In this document: positions 1 to 8,689 of the stretch, one piece after another
Numbering within the stretch: the first letter of the stretch is position 1
Layout: the number at the start of each line of letters is the position of its first letter
NCBI GenBank assembly: GCA_963850305.1
Contig: CAWKKR010000011.1
Span: 192,001 to 256,000, forward strand
Direction: 5' to 3'
From: an uncultured delta proteobacterium
Lineage (GTDB): Bacteria > Myxococcota_A > Polyangia > Polyangiales > Polyangiaceae
Length of the DNA: 64,000 nt
Position numbers and translations under genes: made by a program
Notes under the pieces: model-generated
Database searches by the model: none
What the model saw: the letters and a program-made list of their open reading frames with translations, nothing else
What the model was told of the DNA's origin: nothing

Positions 1-829
1 CCGCGACCGCCCCGGGCCGATCCGGCACCGCGATGAGCTGCACCTTCGCCTCGTTCTTGTCGTAAGCGACGCCTGCCACGGTGACCGCTTCGAGGCCTTC
101 TTCTCCCGTAACGAGAGTGCCGGGCTTGTCATTGAACGACGAACGCACGTGAATCGGCACATTGTACTTCATCCCAACCTCCACCGAGCGGATCTGGAGC
201 ACTTTCGCGCCGAGAGACGCTAATTCCAGCATTTCCTCGAAGCTGATTCGATCGATCTTCCGTGCGGAAGGGCAGATGTTCGGGTCCGTCGTGTAAACGC
301 CGTCGACGTCCGTGTAGATCTCGCAGACGTCCGCACCGACCGCCGCCGCGACGGCGACCCCCGTCGTGTCCGAACCGCCGCGGCCGAGCGTCGTGATGTT
401 GCCCTCGGCGTCGACGCCCTGAAAGCCGGCGATGACGGCTATTCTGCCGGCGCGCACCGTCGCCAGGATCCGCGCACCCTCGATGGCGAGAATGCGCGCC
501 TTCGTGAACGCTTCGTCCGTGTGAATGCGCACCTGGTGCCCGAGGAGGCTCTGGGCTTGGCCGCCGAGGGCCTGGACCGTCATCGTCACGAGCGCCGCGC
601 TGACCTGCTCCCCCGTCGCCGCGAGCGCGTCGAGCTCACGCCGATCGGGCGCCTCGGAAATCTGGTGAGCGAGGCCGAGCAGGCGGTTCGTCTCCCCCGA
701 CATCGCACTGACGATCAGGACAACCTGGTTGCCGGCCCGCTGGGTGGCAAGGGCGCGCTCGGCGACGCTCCGCATTCGCTCGAGCGACCCGACCGACGTG
801 CCGCCGTACTTCTGAACGATGAGTGCCAC
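1..829 (-). CDS. lysC: Aspartate kinase (5' part; runs off the window start)
   Basis: Not in the ORF track. Manual translation from GTG at 829 gives (M)[14 protein letters not shown]...VSAMSGET...IAGFQG...[11 protein letters not shown]...[12 protein letters not shown]...[14 protein letters not shown], all aspartokinase motifs. Confidence 0.96.
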   Translation of the reverse strand, partial: MALIVQKYGGTSVGSLERMRSVAERALATQRAGNQVVLIVSAMSGETNRLLGLAHQISEAPDRRELDALAATGEQVSAALVTMTVQALGGQAQSLLGHQVRIHTDEAFTKARILAIEGARILATVRAGRIAVIAGFQGVDAEGNITTLGRGGSDTTGVAVAAAVGADVCEIYTDVDGVYTTDPNICPSARKIDRISFEEMLELASLGAKVLQIRSVEVGMKYNVPIHVRSSFNDKPGTLVTGEEGLEAVTVAGVAYDKNEAKVQLIAVPDRPGAVA

Positions 830-1051
830 CGGAACGGTGGCGGGTAGCCCCGCGCCCGCCACGAGTCAATCCTCCCCCAATCGCAGCCGATCGCCCACGG
901 AGCTGGATCGCTTCCGTCGTCGATCGAACGCGTCCAATGCTCGAAGGGACGCCTCGATTTCCTGTGACTCTCGCGTCCGCGGCGCTTCGTCCCGCACTGA
1001 AGTTTCCGCACCCCGACGGCTTTGTCCTAGAGTCGCGCCGGGTCGACGGCG

Positions 1052-1327
1052 GTGGTCTCTTATTTGATCCAGACGGGCGTGACTTTGGCGGGCGTCATGG
1101 CGCTCGCGGTCGTTCTCCTTTACGGCGCACGGCGTGCCGGCGTGGGGCGGCCATCGGGACCCGCCGAGCTCGTCGGGAGATTGCCGCTCGACGGCCGGCG
1201 AGCGGTGTACCTGCTGCGCATCGGAACGACCATCTACGTGGTCGGATCGAGCGAAGCTGGACTCGTGAAGCTCGGCGAGATGCCACAGGACACGGTCTTC
1301 GTCCCCGATCGTCACGAGGCCGGATGA
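1052..1327 (+). CDS. fliO: FliO-like small membrane protein
   Basis: 91 aa. N-terminal TM then LVGRLPLDGRRAVYLLRIGTTIYVVGSSE, the FliO beta-domain pattern. ATGA-coupled to a FliP homologue. Confidence 0.7.
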   Translation: MVSYLIQTGVTLAGVMALAVVLLYGARRAGVGRPSGPAELVGRLPLDGRRAVYLLRIGTTIYVVGSSEAGLVKLGEMPQDTVFVPDRHEAG

Positions 1328-2040
1328 CGGCCGGCCTGATCGCCCTGGCGACAGCCCCGGCCGCGCCGGTCACGACGCCCGAGGATCTGTTGAACCGGCC
1401 CCTCGCGCTGGTGATCGCTCTCGCGATCGTCGGGCTTCTGCCGTTCCTCTTCATGACGCTGACGTCGTTCGTGAAGATTTCCACGGTGCTCCACATCGCC
1501 CGGAGCGCCATCGGCGCGCCCGAAGTGCCGTCGAGCACGGTCGTCACGGCACTCGCCGCCGCACTCACGCTGCTCGCGATGGCGCCCGTGACGACCCGCA
1601 TCGCGGACCGGGTCACGCCTCTCCTCGAACCGGCCGCGGCTGAAGCGCCGGCCGCGTGGGTGCGTGACGCGGTCGTGGCGGTGCGTGAACCTTTGCGTGG
1701 CTTCCTGTCGGCCAACGCGTCCGAGAAGCAGAAGGCCCGATTCTTCGAGCTCTCGAAGAAGGTGTCCGGACCCCACGACGGCGTTGGACGCGACGACATG
1801 GCCGTCGTCGTTCCGGCGTTCCTGGTCACCGAGCTGGTCGAGGCCTTCGCTCTCGGTTTTGCCATCTACCTGCCGTTCTTGGTGGTTGACCTGGTGGTGG
1901 CCAACGTTCTCATGGCGCTCGGCATGCAGTCCCTCAGCCCGACGCAGGTGAGCCTGCCCTTCAAGCTCCTCTTGTTCGTCGCGGCCGACGGCTGGGGGCT
2001 CCTCGCGCGGGCGCTCGTGAGCGGATATCGACCGGGCTGA
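1324..2040 (+). CDS. fliP: Type III secretion/flagellar export apparatus protein FliP/SctR
   Basis: LLPFLFMTLTSFVKISTVL, VPAFLVTEL..AF..GF.IYLPFLVVDLVVANVLMALGM..LSP..VSLPFKLLLFV..DGW are FliP/YscR motifs. The true start is probably ATG 1324, not 823. Confidence 0.92.
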   Translation: MTAGLIALATAPAAPVTTPEDLLNRPLALVIALAIVGLLPFLFMTLTSFVKISTVLHIARSAIGAPEVPSSTVVTALAAALTLLAMAPVTTRIADRVTPLLEPAAAEAPAAWVRDAVVAVREPLRGFLSANASEKQKARFFELSKKVSGPHDGVGRDDMAVVVPAFLVTELVEAFALGFAIYLPFLVVDLVVANVLMALGMQSLSPTQVSLPFKLLLFVAADGWGLLARALVSGYRPG

Positions 2041-2243
2041 GGAAAATTCTCACGACCGACGGGAATACTCGGGCCACTCGCGGGTTTTCGCCTCGCGGGA
2101 TGTGGTTGCCCGCCGCGCCCATACGTAAAACGAGGGCGATCGAAGGATCGGTTGTTGACTCTGATCGCGCTATCGCTACCATGCCGCGCCCGCTGGCGGG
2201 TGACGGGCCACAACGGCCCATTTGGAGAGGTGATCGAACGGCC

Positions 2244-3314
2244 ATGACGGACGTGATGATCCAAGCAACGGGACTGACGAAGAATTTCGGACACGTCCGC
2301 GCGCTCGACAACGTGAATTTCGAGGTGCGAAAGGGAGAGGTCGTCGGTTTTCTCGGGCCGAACGGGGCCGGGAAAAGCACGACGATGCGCATCCTCACGT
2401 GCTTCATCTCCCCGACGAGCGGGTCGGCGACGGTGCACGGGCACGACGTCTTCGACGATCCGCTCGCCGTCCGGCAAACGCTCGGGTACCTGCCGCAGCG
2501 CGCGCCGCTCTACACGGACATGAACGTCTGGGAGTACCTGGAGTTCGCGTCGCAGATCCGGGGGCTCGACGAGAGCACCTTCAAGACTCGCCTGAAGCGG
2601 GTCGTCGAGGTGTGCGGCCTCGCGCAGGTGCTCGGGAAGGACATCGGCACGCTCTCGCACGGCTACCGCCAGCGCGTCGGGCTCGGGCAGGCGCTGATCC
2701 ACGACCCGCCGATTCTCATCCTCGACGAGCCGACGAGCGACCTCGATCCGAACGAGAAGGCCGAGGTCATCAAGTACATCAAGGAGATCGGCAAGGATCG
2801 CACGATCCTCCTCTCGACCCACAATCTCGCGGAGGTGGAAGACGCGTGCGCCCGCGCGATCATCGTGAGCAAGGGCCGCGTCGTCGCCGACGGACCGCTC
2901 GACGAGATCCGCGGGAAGACAGGCACGATCCGCTACTTCGTCACCGTCGACGAGCAGGGCGCGGAGGCAGGGCACACCGCGCCGAAAAGAGCGGAGCTCG
3001 AAGAAGCGCTCCGCGGACTCAAGGGCGGCGATCGGATTCGAGAGCTTCCCACGGACGAGAAGGCGCACAAGTTCGAGCTGTCGGGCCCGCAGACGTCGGA
3101 CCTTCGCGCCGAGATCTTCCGGATGGTCGTGCAGAAAGGCTGGACGCTCCTCGAGCTGCGCCGCGACGCGCAGAGCCTGGACGCGGTCTTCCGGGATCTC
3201 ACCCGCGGGGACGAAAAGCTCGACCGCGGACAGGACTGGGACGAAGACGAAGACGACGACGAAGACGATGACGACGGGGACGAAGAGGGCGAAACGGAGA
3301 GCGAAGCATCATGA
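2244..3314 (+). CDS. ABC transporter ATP-binding protein (GldA-like) with acidic tail
   Basis: Walker A GPNGAGKST, signature LSHGYRQR, Walker B ILDEP, poly-D/E C-terminus. Confidence 0.92.
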   Translation: MTDVMIQATGLTKNFGHVRALDNVNFEVRKGEVVGFLGPNGAGKSTTMRILTCFISPTSGSATVHGHDVFDDPLAVRQTLGYLPQRAPLYTDMNVWEYLEFASQIRGLDESTFKTRLKRVVEVCGLAQVLGKDIGTLSHGYRQRVGLGQALIHDPPILILDEPTSDLDPNEKAEVIKYIKEIGKDRTILLSTHNLAEVEDACARAIIVSKGRVVADGPLDEIRGKTGTIRYFVTVDEQGAEAGHTAPKRAELEEALRGLKGGDRIRELPTDEKAHKFELSGPQTSDLRAEIFRMVVQKGWTLLELRRDAQSLDAVFRDLTRGDEKLDRGQDWDEDEDDDEDDDDGDEEGETESEAS

Positions 3315-4048
3315 GCAGTCCGATGATGACGATTGCGCGGCGGGAGTTCCGGTCGAACTTCGACTCCCCGCTCGCGTACGTGGTGATCTGCCTGAGCTTT
3401 CTCGGCCTCGGGCTCTTCTTCTTTCTCTATCACGGCGGGTTCTGGCAGCTCGACAAGGCGAGCGTTCAGGGCCTCTTCGAGTACGCGCCCATCGGGCTCT
3501 CGCTGCTCGTCGTGCCCGTGGTGACGATGCGGCTCCTCGCCGAGGAGAAGCGTACGGGCACTCTCGAGATGCTCATCACGCTCCCGGTCAGGGACAGCGA
3601 CGTGATCCTGGGCAAGTACTTCGGCGCCCTCGGGCTCGTGCTGACGCTCGTCACGGCGACGCTCGTGTACCCGATCGCGATGTTCAAGTTCCCGTGGAAC
3701 CTCGGACCGCTCGACTGGGGTCCGGTGATATCCGGCTACCTCGGCCTCGTGCTCTTCAGCGCGGCGACCGTCGCGATCGGTCTTCTCGTCACGGCGCTGA
3801 CGGAGAGCCAGGTGATCGCGTTCTTCATCACCTTCTTCGTGCTGATGGCGCTGTGGTTCCTCGCCGACGTGGCGAGCTTCCTGCAGGGGACGGTCGGTGA
3901 CGTTCTCCAGTACCTGAGCTTCCAGACACGGCTCGACGGCTTCACTCGGGGCCTCGTCGACAGCCGTGACGTGGTGTTTTTCCTGAGCGTGACGGTGGTC
4001 GCCCTCGCGGTGGCGTTCCGCGCGCTCGAGCGCCGAAAGTGGGCCTGA
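3311..4048 (+). CDS. ABC-2 permease (GldF-like)
   Basis: Six TM segments, TMRLLAEEKRTGTLEML motif, C-terminal RGLVDSRDVVFFLS. Confidence 0.9.
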   Translation: MSSPMMTIARREFRSNFDSPLAYVVICLSFLGLGLFFFLYHGGFWQLDKASVQGLFEYAPIGLSLLVVPVVTMRLLAEEKRTGTLEMLITLPVRDSDVILGKYFGALGLVLTLVTATLVYPIAMFKFPWNLGPLDWGPVISGYLGLVLFSAATVAIGLLVTALTESQVIAFFITFFVLMALWFLADVASFLQGTVGDVLQYLSFQTRLDGFTRGLVDSRDVVFFLSVTVVALAVAFRALERRKWA

Positions 4049-4049
4049 G

Positions 4050-5892
4050 ATGGCGACCGAGCAACAGAGGCGCAAAGCTAGCCGCTCAGACCGGGTCGTA
4101 CCTGGTCGTCATCGCGGCGATCGCGATCCTCGCGAACATCCTGTCGGCGGGCGCGTACCGGCGCATGGACGTGACGCGGAACGAGCGCTACACGCTGTCG
4201 CAAGGCAGCGGAAGGCTCCTCCAGAGCCTCAAGAGTCCCGTCCAGGTCGACGCGTACGTCACCCACGGGCTAGCGCAGATGGATGCGTTCATCCGCGATC
4301 TGACCGATCTCCTGAAGGAGTACGAGCGCGCCGGACACGGCAAGTTCAAGTACACCATCATCGAGCCGAAGACGGACGAGCTGCGGCAGAAGGCAAAGGA
4401 CGCCGGGCTCGAGGAGATGGCGTTCGGCGAGGCGAGTGCGACCGGCAGCGACCAGGCATCGATCAGCCAGGGCTACATGGGGCTCGTCTTCAAGTACGGG
4501 AGCGAGAAGGGCGTCATTCCGCAACTGAACCCGGGCACGGCGTCGGGCCTCGAGTTCTGGATGACGAACAAGATCCGGGAAATCCGCGACAAGGCCGACG
4601 ACATCAAGCACAAGATCGGCGTCGTCACGGGCAAGGACGAGCTCAAGCTCAGCGACCAGAACCTCGTTCCCAAGCAGGGCCAGGGGGGCGCGAGCATCCA
4701 GAGCATCCTGGAGCGCGCGTTTCCGTTCTACAAGCTGGTCGACGTCGATCTGAAGAACGGCGACGCCGAAATCGACAAGAGCCTCGACGGGCTCATCATC
4801 ACGCAACCCCAAAAGGCGTACACGGACAAGGAACTCCGACGCGTCGATCAGTTCGTGATGCTGGGAAACAAGTCGCTCGCCGTGTTCGCGTCCGCCGTGA
4901 CGCTGAAGCCGCAGGACCCGTCGATGAGCGCGACGCTGGATCTGCACAATCTGGACAAGCTTCTGTCTGGCTACGGCATCAACATGAAGAAGGATGCGGT
5001 GCTCGACTTCGGGTCCCAGTTCCGCATCGGCGTGATTACGCCGACGGGTGGGATCGCACCGATCCGTCATCCAGGCATCGCACACGTCGTCGATGACCCG
5101 CGCTTCGAGGGCAAGGACAAGCTCCTCGACACGAGCTTTGCCGGCTTCTTCCGCATGGAGGAGATCATGTTCCCGTTCCCCTCGACGCTCGAGCTCTCGC
5201 CGGACAAGCAACCGAAGGCGAAGCTCTACGCCGTGGCGCGAACGACGCCGGCGGCGAGCGCCCTCACGGACGGCACCATCGACATGAAGATGCGCCCCGA
5301 CTGGCAGCCGAAGCCACCATTCGACCAGCGCATCATCGCGGCCGTCGCGGAGGGCAAGCTGAAGAGCGCGTTTGCAGGGTCGCCCGACGACGGCGTGAAA
5401 GCCAACGCGGAAACGCCTCAGGACTCGCGCGTGCTCGTCGTCTCGTCGAGCGAGTTTCTGACGAATCCGTTCGCATATTCGGGCAACGGTCCCGATCTCG
5501 GCGCCCAGTTCGCGATGTTCGGCGGAGCCGGTGGTGACCGGGAGCTCCTCATGATCGCCGGCCAGTATGCGAACCGGTACCTGACCAACACCATCCTGAG
5601 CGTGAAGAACACGCTCGACTGGATCAGCGGCGATGCCGATCTGCTTGCGGCGAGCGCCAAGCTCATCAGCGATCCGAACCTGACCTACAATGACGTCGCG
5701 AAACCGAAGATCGCGGCGGACGACGACGACGCTGCGATTCGCCGCAAGGACGACGAATACAAGGCCGCCCGGGGCAAGCTCCAGTCGGGCGTACAGTGGA
5801 CGTTGTCGCTCGGCGTGCCCCTGTTCTTCGCGTTCTTCGGGCTCTTCCGCTGGCGCGGGCGCCAGTCGAAGAAAGACAAGTACCATCTCTGA
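4050..5892 (+). CDS. GldG-like ABC auxiliary periplasmic component (1-nt frameshift near 4075)
   Basis: RMDVTRNERYTLSQGS is the GldG N-terminal motif, with TMs at both ends. ATG 4050 (MATEQQRRK) is one frame off the body, suggesting an indel. Confidence 0.85.
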
Positions 5893-5910
5893 GATTTTGC
5901 GGAACCGACC

Positions 5911-6972
5911 ATGCCAACCGACAAGAAGCTCATTTTTGCGCTGATCGTTCTGGCCGCGCTCGGCGGGGCGGTCTTCATGCAGCGGCAACGCCAGACCGCG
6001 GACAGTGCGTCGCACAGTCTCGAGGGCGAAGAGAAGACATTGCCGAAGATCACCTTCACCGACGACGACGTGAAGAAGGTCGACAAGGTCGTGATCACGC
6101 GCCCATCGGAGAAGGACTCCGGCGCACCGGAGACCATCGAGCTCGTGAAGAAGGGGGACGAAGCGTGGGATCTCGCAGAGCCTCTCGTCGCGAAGGGGAA
6201 CGCGAACAACGTGAAGTCGATGATCGACGACTTCAAGCGTCTGGAAGTGACGGAGCTCATCGACGCGAGCAAGGACGCCTACGCGAAGTACAAGGTGACC
6301 GACGCGAAGGCCCTACACGTCGTCGCGTACAAGGGTAAGGACGTCGCGCTGGATGCCTACTTCGGCGAGGACGGCTCGCGCGGACAGATGACGCGCCTCG
6401 CCGGCAAGGACGGGGTCTACGCCGTCAAGGGCTACTCGAGCTACCTCTTCAACAAGGGCGCGAAAGACTGGCGCGACAAAACGATCTTCAAGTTCGAAGA
6501 GAAGGACGTCTCGAAGGCCACGCTGGAGGATGAGAACGGCACCTTCACGTTCACGAAGTCCGGAGACGACTGGAAGGCAGAGTTTGCGAAGGACAAGGAA
6601 CCACCGAAGGACATAGAGCGGTTCGACAAGTCCAAGGCCGACAGCTTCGTGCGCGCCTTCCGAACCCTCAGCGCCTCGGACTTCGGCGACAAGAAGACGC
6701 CCGCCGAGACTGGACTCGCGACGCCGAAGGCAACGTTCACCTTCGACATGAAGGATGGCTCGAAGTACGTCCTTCTCGCCGGCGACGTCGATGGTTCGAA
6801 TCGCTGGGCCATGAAGAAGGGCGACGAGCAGATCTTCAGCATCAGCTCGTGGGCGGGGGACTGGGCGACGGCAAACGTCGACAAGTTCCAGAAGTCCGAC
6901 GACAAGAAAGACGACAAGAAAGACGACAAGAAGGACGACAAGGACAAGGCCGGCAAGGCCAAATCCAAGTAG
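5911..6972 (+). CDS. DUF4340-like periplasmic protein
   Basis: N-terminal TM, two repeated ...W....P..../KDWRDKTIF/GL..P units, and the usual position after a GldAFG-like ABC module. Confidence 0.75.
   Translation: MPTDKKLIFALIVLAALGGAVFMQRQRQTADSASHSLEGEEKTLPKITFTDDDVKKVDKVVITRPSEKDSGAPETIELVKKGDEAWDLAEPLVAKGNANNVKSMIDDFKRLEVTELIDASKDAYAKYKVTDAKALHVVAYKGKDVALDAYFGEDGSRGQMTRLAGKDGVYAVKGYSSYLFNKGAKDWRDKTIFKFEEKDVSKATLEDENGTFTFTKSGDDWKAEFAKDKEPPKDIERFDKSKADSFVRAFRTLSASDFGDKKTPAETGLATPKATFTFDMKDGSKYVLLAGDVDGSNRWAMKKGDEQIFSISSWAGDWATANVDKFQKSDDKKDDKKDDKKDDKDKAGKAKSK
6898..6948 (+). repeat. 12-bp coding tandem repeat (GACGACAAGAAA; DDKK x3-4)
   Basis: Directly visible in the sequence. Confidence 0.9.
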
Positions 6973-7049
6973 ACATCGTCCAGCTCTCACCGCACAGGCG
7001 GCCCGGGCCCGACGGCCCCGTCGGAACGGCTGCCATTGCGCCCGGTGAA

Positions 7050-8519
7050 TTACTTGCGGCTGCCGAAGCCGCTGAACGGGTCCACTGGCGCCGGGGGCGC
7101 CGCGGGGGACGCTTCGGCCTTCGCCTTTGCCGGTTCGTGCGGATGCGCGTGAGTCACGACTCTTTCGGCGGAGTTGACCGCGCGCTTTTCCGCAGGCGGC
7201 ACGGCCGCCGGAGCCGCTGGCGGGGGCGGCTCCGCGACAGTCGGCAGAGTGGGAGCAACCGTGATCACCGCCGGCGCGGGTGCCGGTTTGGCTTCGACTT
7301 TCGCGGGCGGCTGCGGCGGTGGAGCGGGCGGCTCCGCCGCAAGGTGGGGAGTCGACATGCCGCTCGTAGCGGTGGCCGGCGGCGGACCCCCGTTCCTGAA
7401 TACGAGAAAGCCGACCACGATGGCGACTGCGCCGACCGCGACGCCCCCACCGATCAGACGGCCACGCCCGGCGGCTCCACTCGGCGGTGTGGCGGTGGCG
7501 GCACCCGAGTCGGTCCACGCAGCGGCCGTGAGCGCGTACGGCGCCTTCGAATCGCGCCGGGGCGGGGGCGCCTCGTTCGTGATGGATCCCCTGGACGAAA
7601 CTTTGAGCACGCGCCCCGCCCGCTCCACGTTCGCTCGGGTACGCGCCGGACCGAAGGGGGCCAGCGCGGAAGCGAACTCCGCGACGTTGGCAAAGCGTGC
7701 CGCAGGATCTTTCGCGAGCGCGCGGTTCACGGCGCTCTCGAGAGCTTCCGGGATCTCGCCGCGCACGCTCCGGATCGGAACAGGCTCATCCAGCAGCACC
7801 TTCGCCGAGAGCTCCGGGATCGATTCGGCGTAAAATGGCGGCTCGCCCGTCAGAAGTTCGTAGAGAATCACCCCGAGCGCCCACACATCCGTACGGGGAT
7901 CGACGTGCTTCGCCGACTTCATCTGTTCCGGCGACATGTAAAGCGGCGAGCCCATCATCGACGAAGTGCGGGTCAACGACGGATCGATCCCGGTCGTGCT
8001 CGTCACGAGCGCCTTCGAGATCCCGAAGTCGAGCACCTTGATGCGAACCGAGCCGTCGGGCTGCCGGGCGAGGAACAGATTCGCAGGCTTCAGGTCGCGG
8101 TGAACGATGCCGACCGAGTGAGCTTCGGCGATCGCGTCGCACGCTTCCAGGACGTACGCGACGGCTTCTTCGGCGGGCAGGGCCTTCCGCTCGTCCAGGA
8201 GCGCCGCGAGATCGCCGCCCTCCAGGTACTCCATCACCATGTAGGGAGCGCCGCTCTCCATCGTGCCGACGTCGATGACGCGCGCGACGTGCTCGCTCTG
8301 GATCTTGACGGCGGCGCGTGCCTCCCGAAGGAAGCGCTGCGCCGCCTCGTGCTGCTGCGAGTATTCGGGCAGGAGGAACTTGATCGCGACCCTGCGTTCG
8401 AGCTGCAGATCGACCGCGGCCACGACGACGCCCATGCCGCCTTCCCCGAGGACGCGGTCGACTCGGTACTTGCCGGCCAGGACGGCACCGGCAAGAACAG
8501 GGGCGCTCATCTGCGGCAT
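7050..8519 (-). CDS. Hanks-type Ser/Thr protein kinase with TM and Pro-rich C-terminus
   Basis: GEGGMG, VAIK, HRDLKPAN, DFG, YMSPEQ all intact. Start is one of 8510/8519/8522. Confidence 0.95.
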   Translation of the reverse strand: MPQMSAPVLAGAVLAGKYRVDRVLGEGGMGVVVAAVDLQLERRVAIKFLLPEYSQQHEAAQRFLREARAAVKIQSEHVARVIDVGTMESGAPYMVMEYLEGGDLAALLDERKALPAEEAVAYVLEACDAIAEAHSVGIVHRDLKPANLFLARQPDGSVRIKVLDFGISKALVTSTTGIDPSLTRTSSMMGSPLYMSPEQMKSAKHVDPRTDVWALGVILYELLTGEPPFYAESIPELSAKVLLDEPVPIRSVRGEIPEALESAVNRALAKDPAARFANVAEFASALAPFGPARTRANVERAGRVLKVSSRGSITNEAPPPRRDSKAPYALTAAAWTDSGAATATPPSGAAGRGRLIGGGVAVGAVAIVVGFLVFRNGGPPPATATSGMSTPHLAAEPPAPPPQPPAKVEAKPAPAPAVITVAPTLPTVAEPPPPAAPAAVPPAEKRAVNSAERVVTHAHPHEPAKAKAEASPAAPPAPVDPFSGFGSRK

Positions 8520-8689
8520 CATAGCGTGAGTGGGCCGCCGAATCCCAGTGGACGGCTTTTTCTGACTACGGTCGGGAAGGCCGATCGGTTTACGGTTTTC
8601 GCAAAAATAGCGCCCTGTAGTCCCTCGTCCCACATTGGCTGGTGGACCGTCTCCCTCGCGCTCCGTGAGGATGCTAAAACCCGCTGCCC

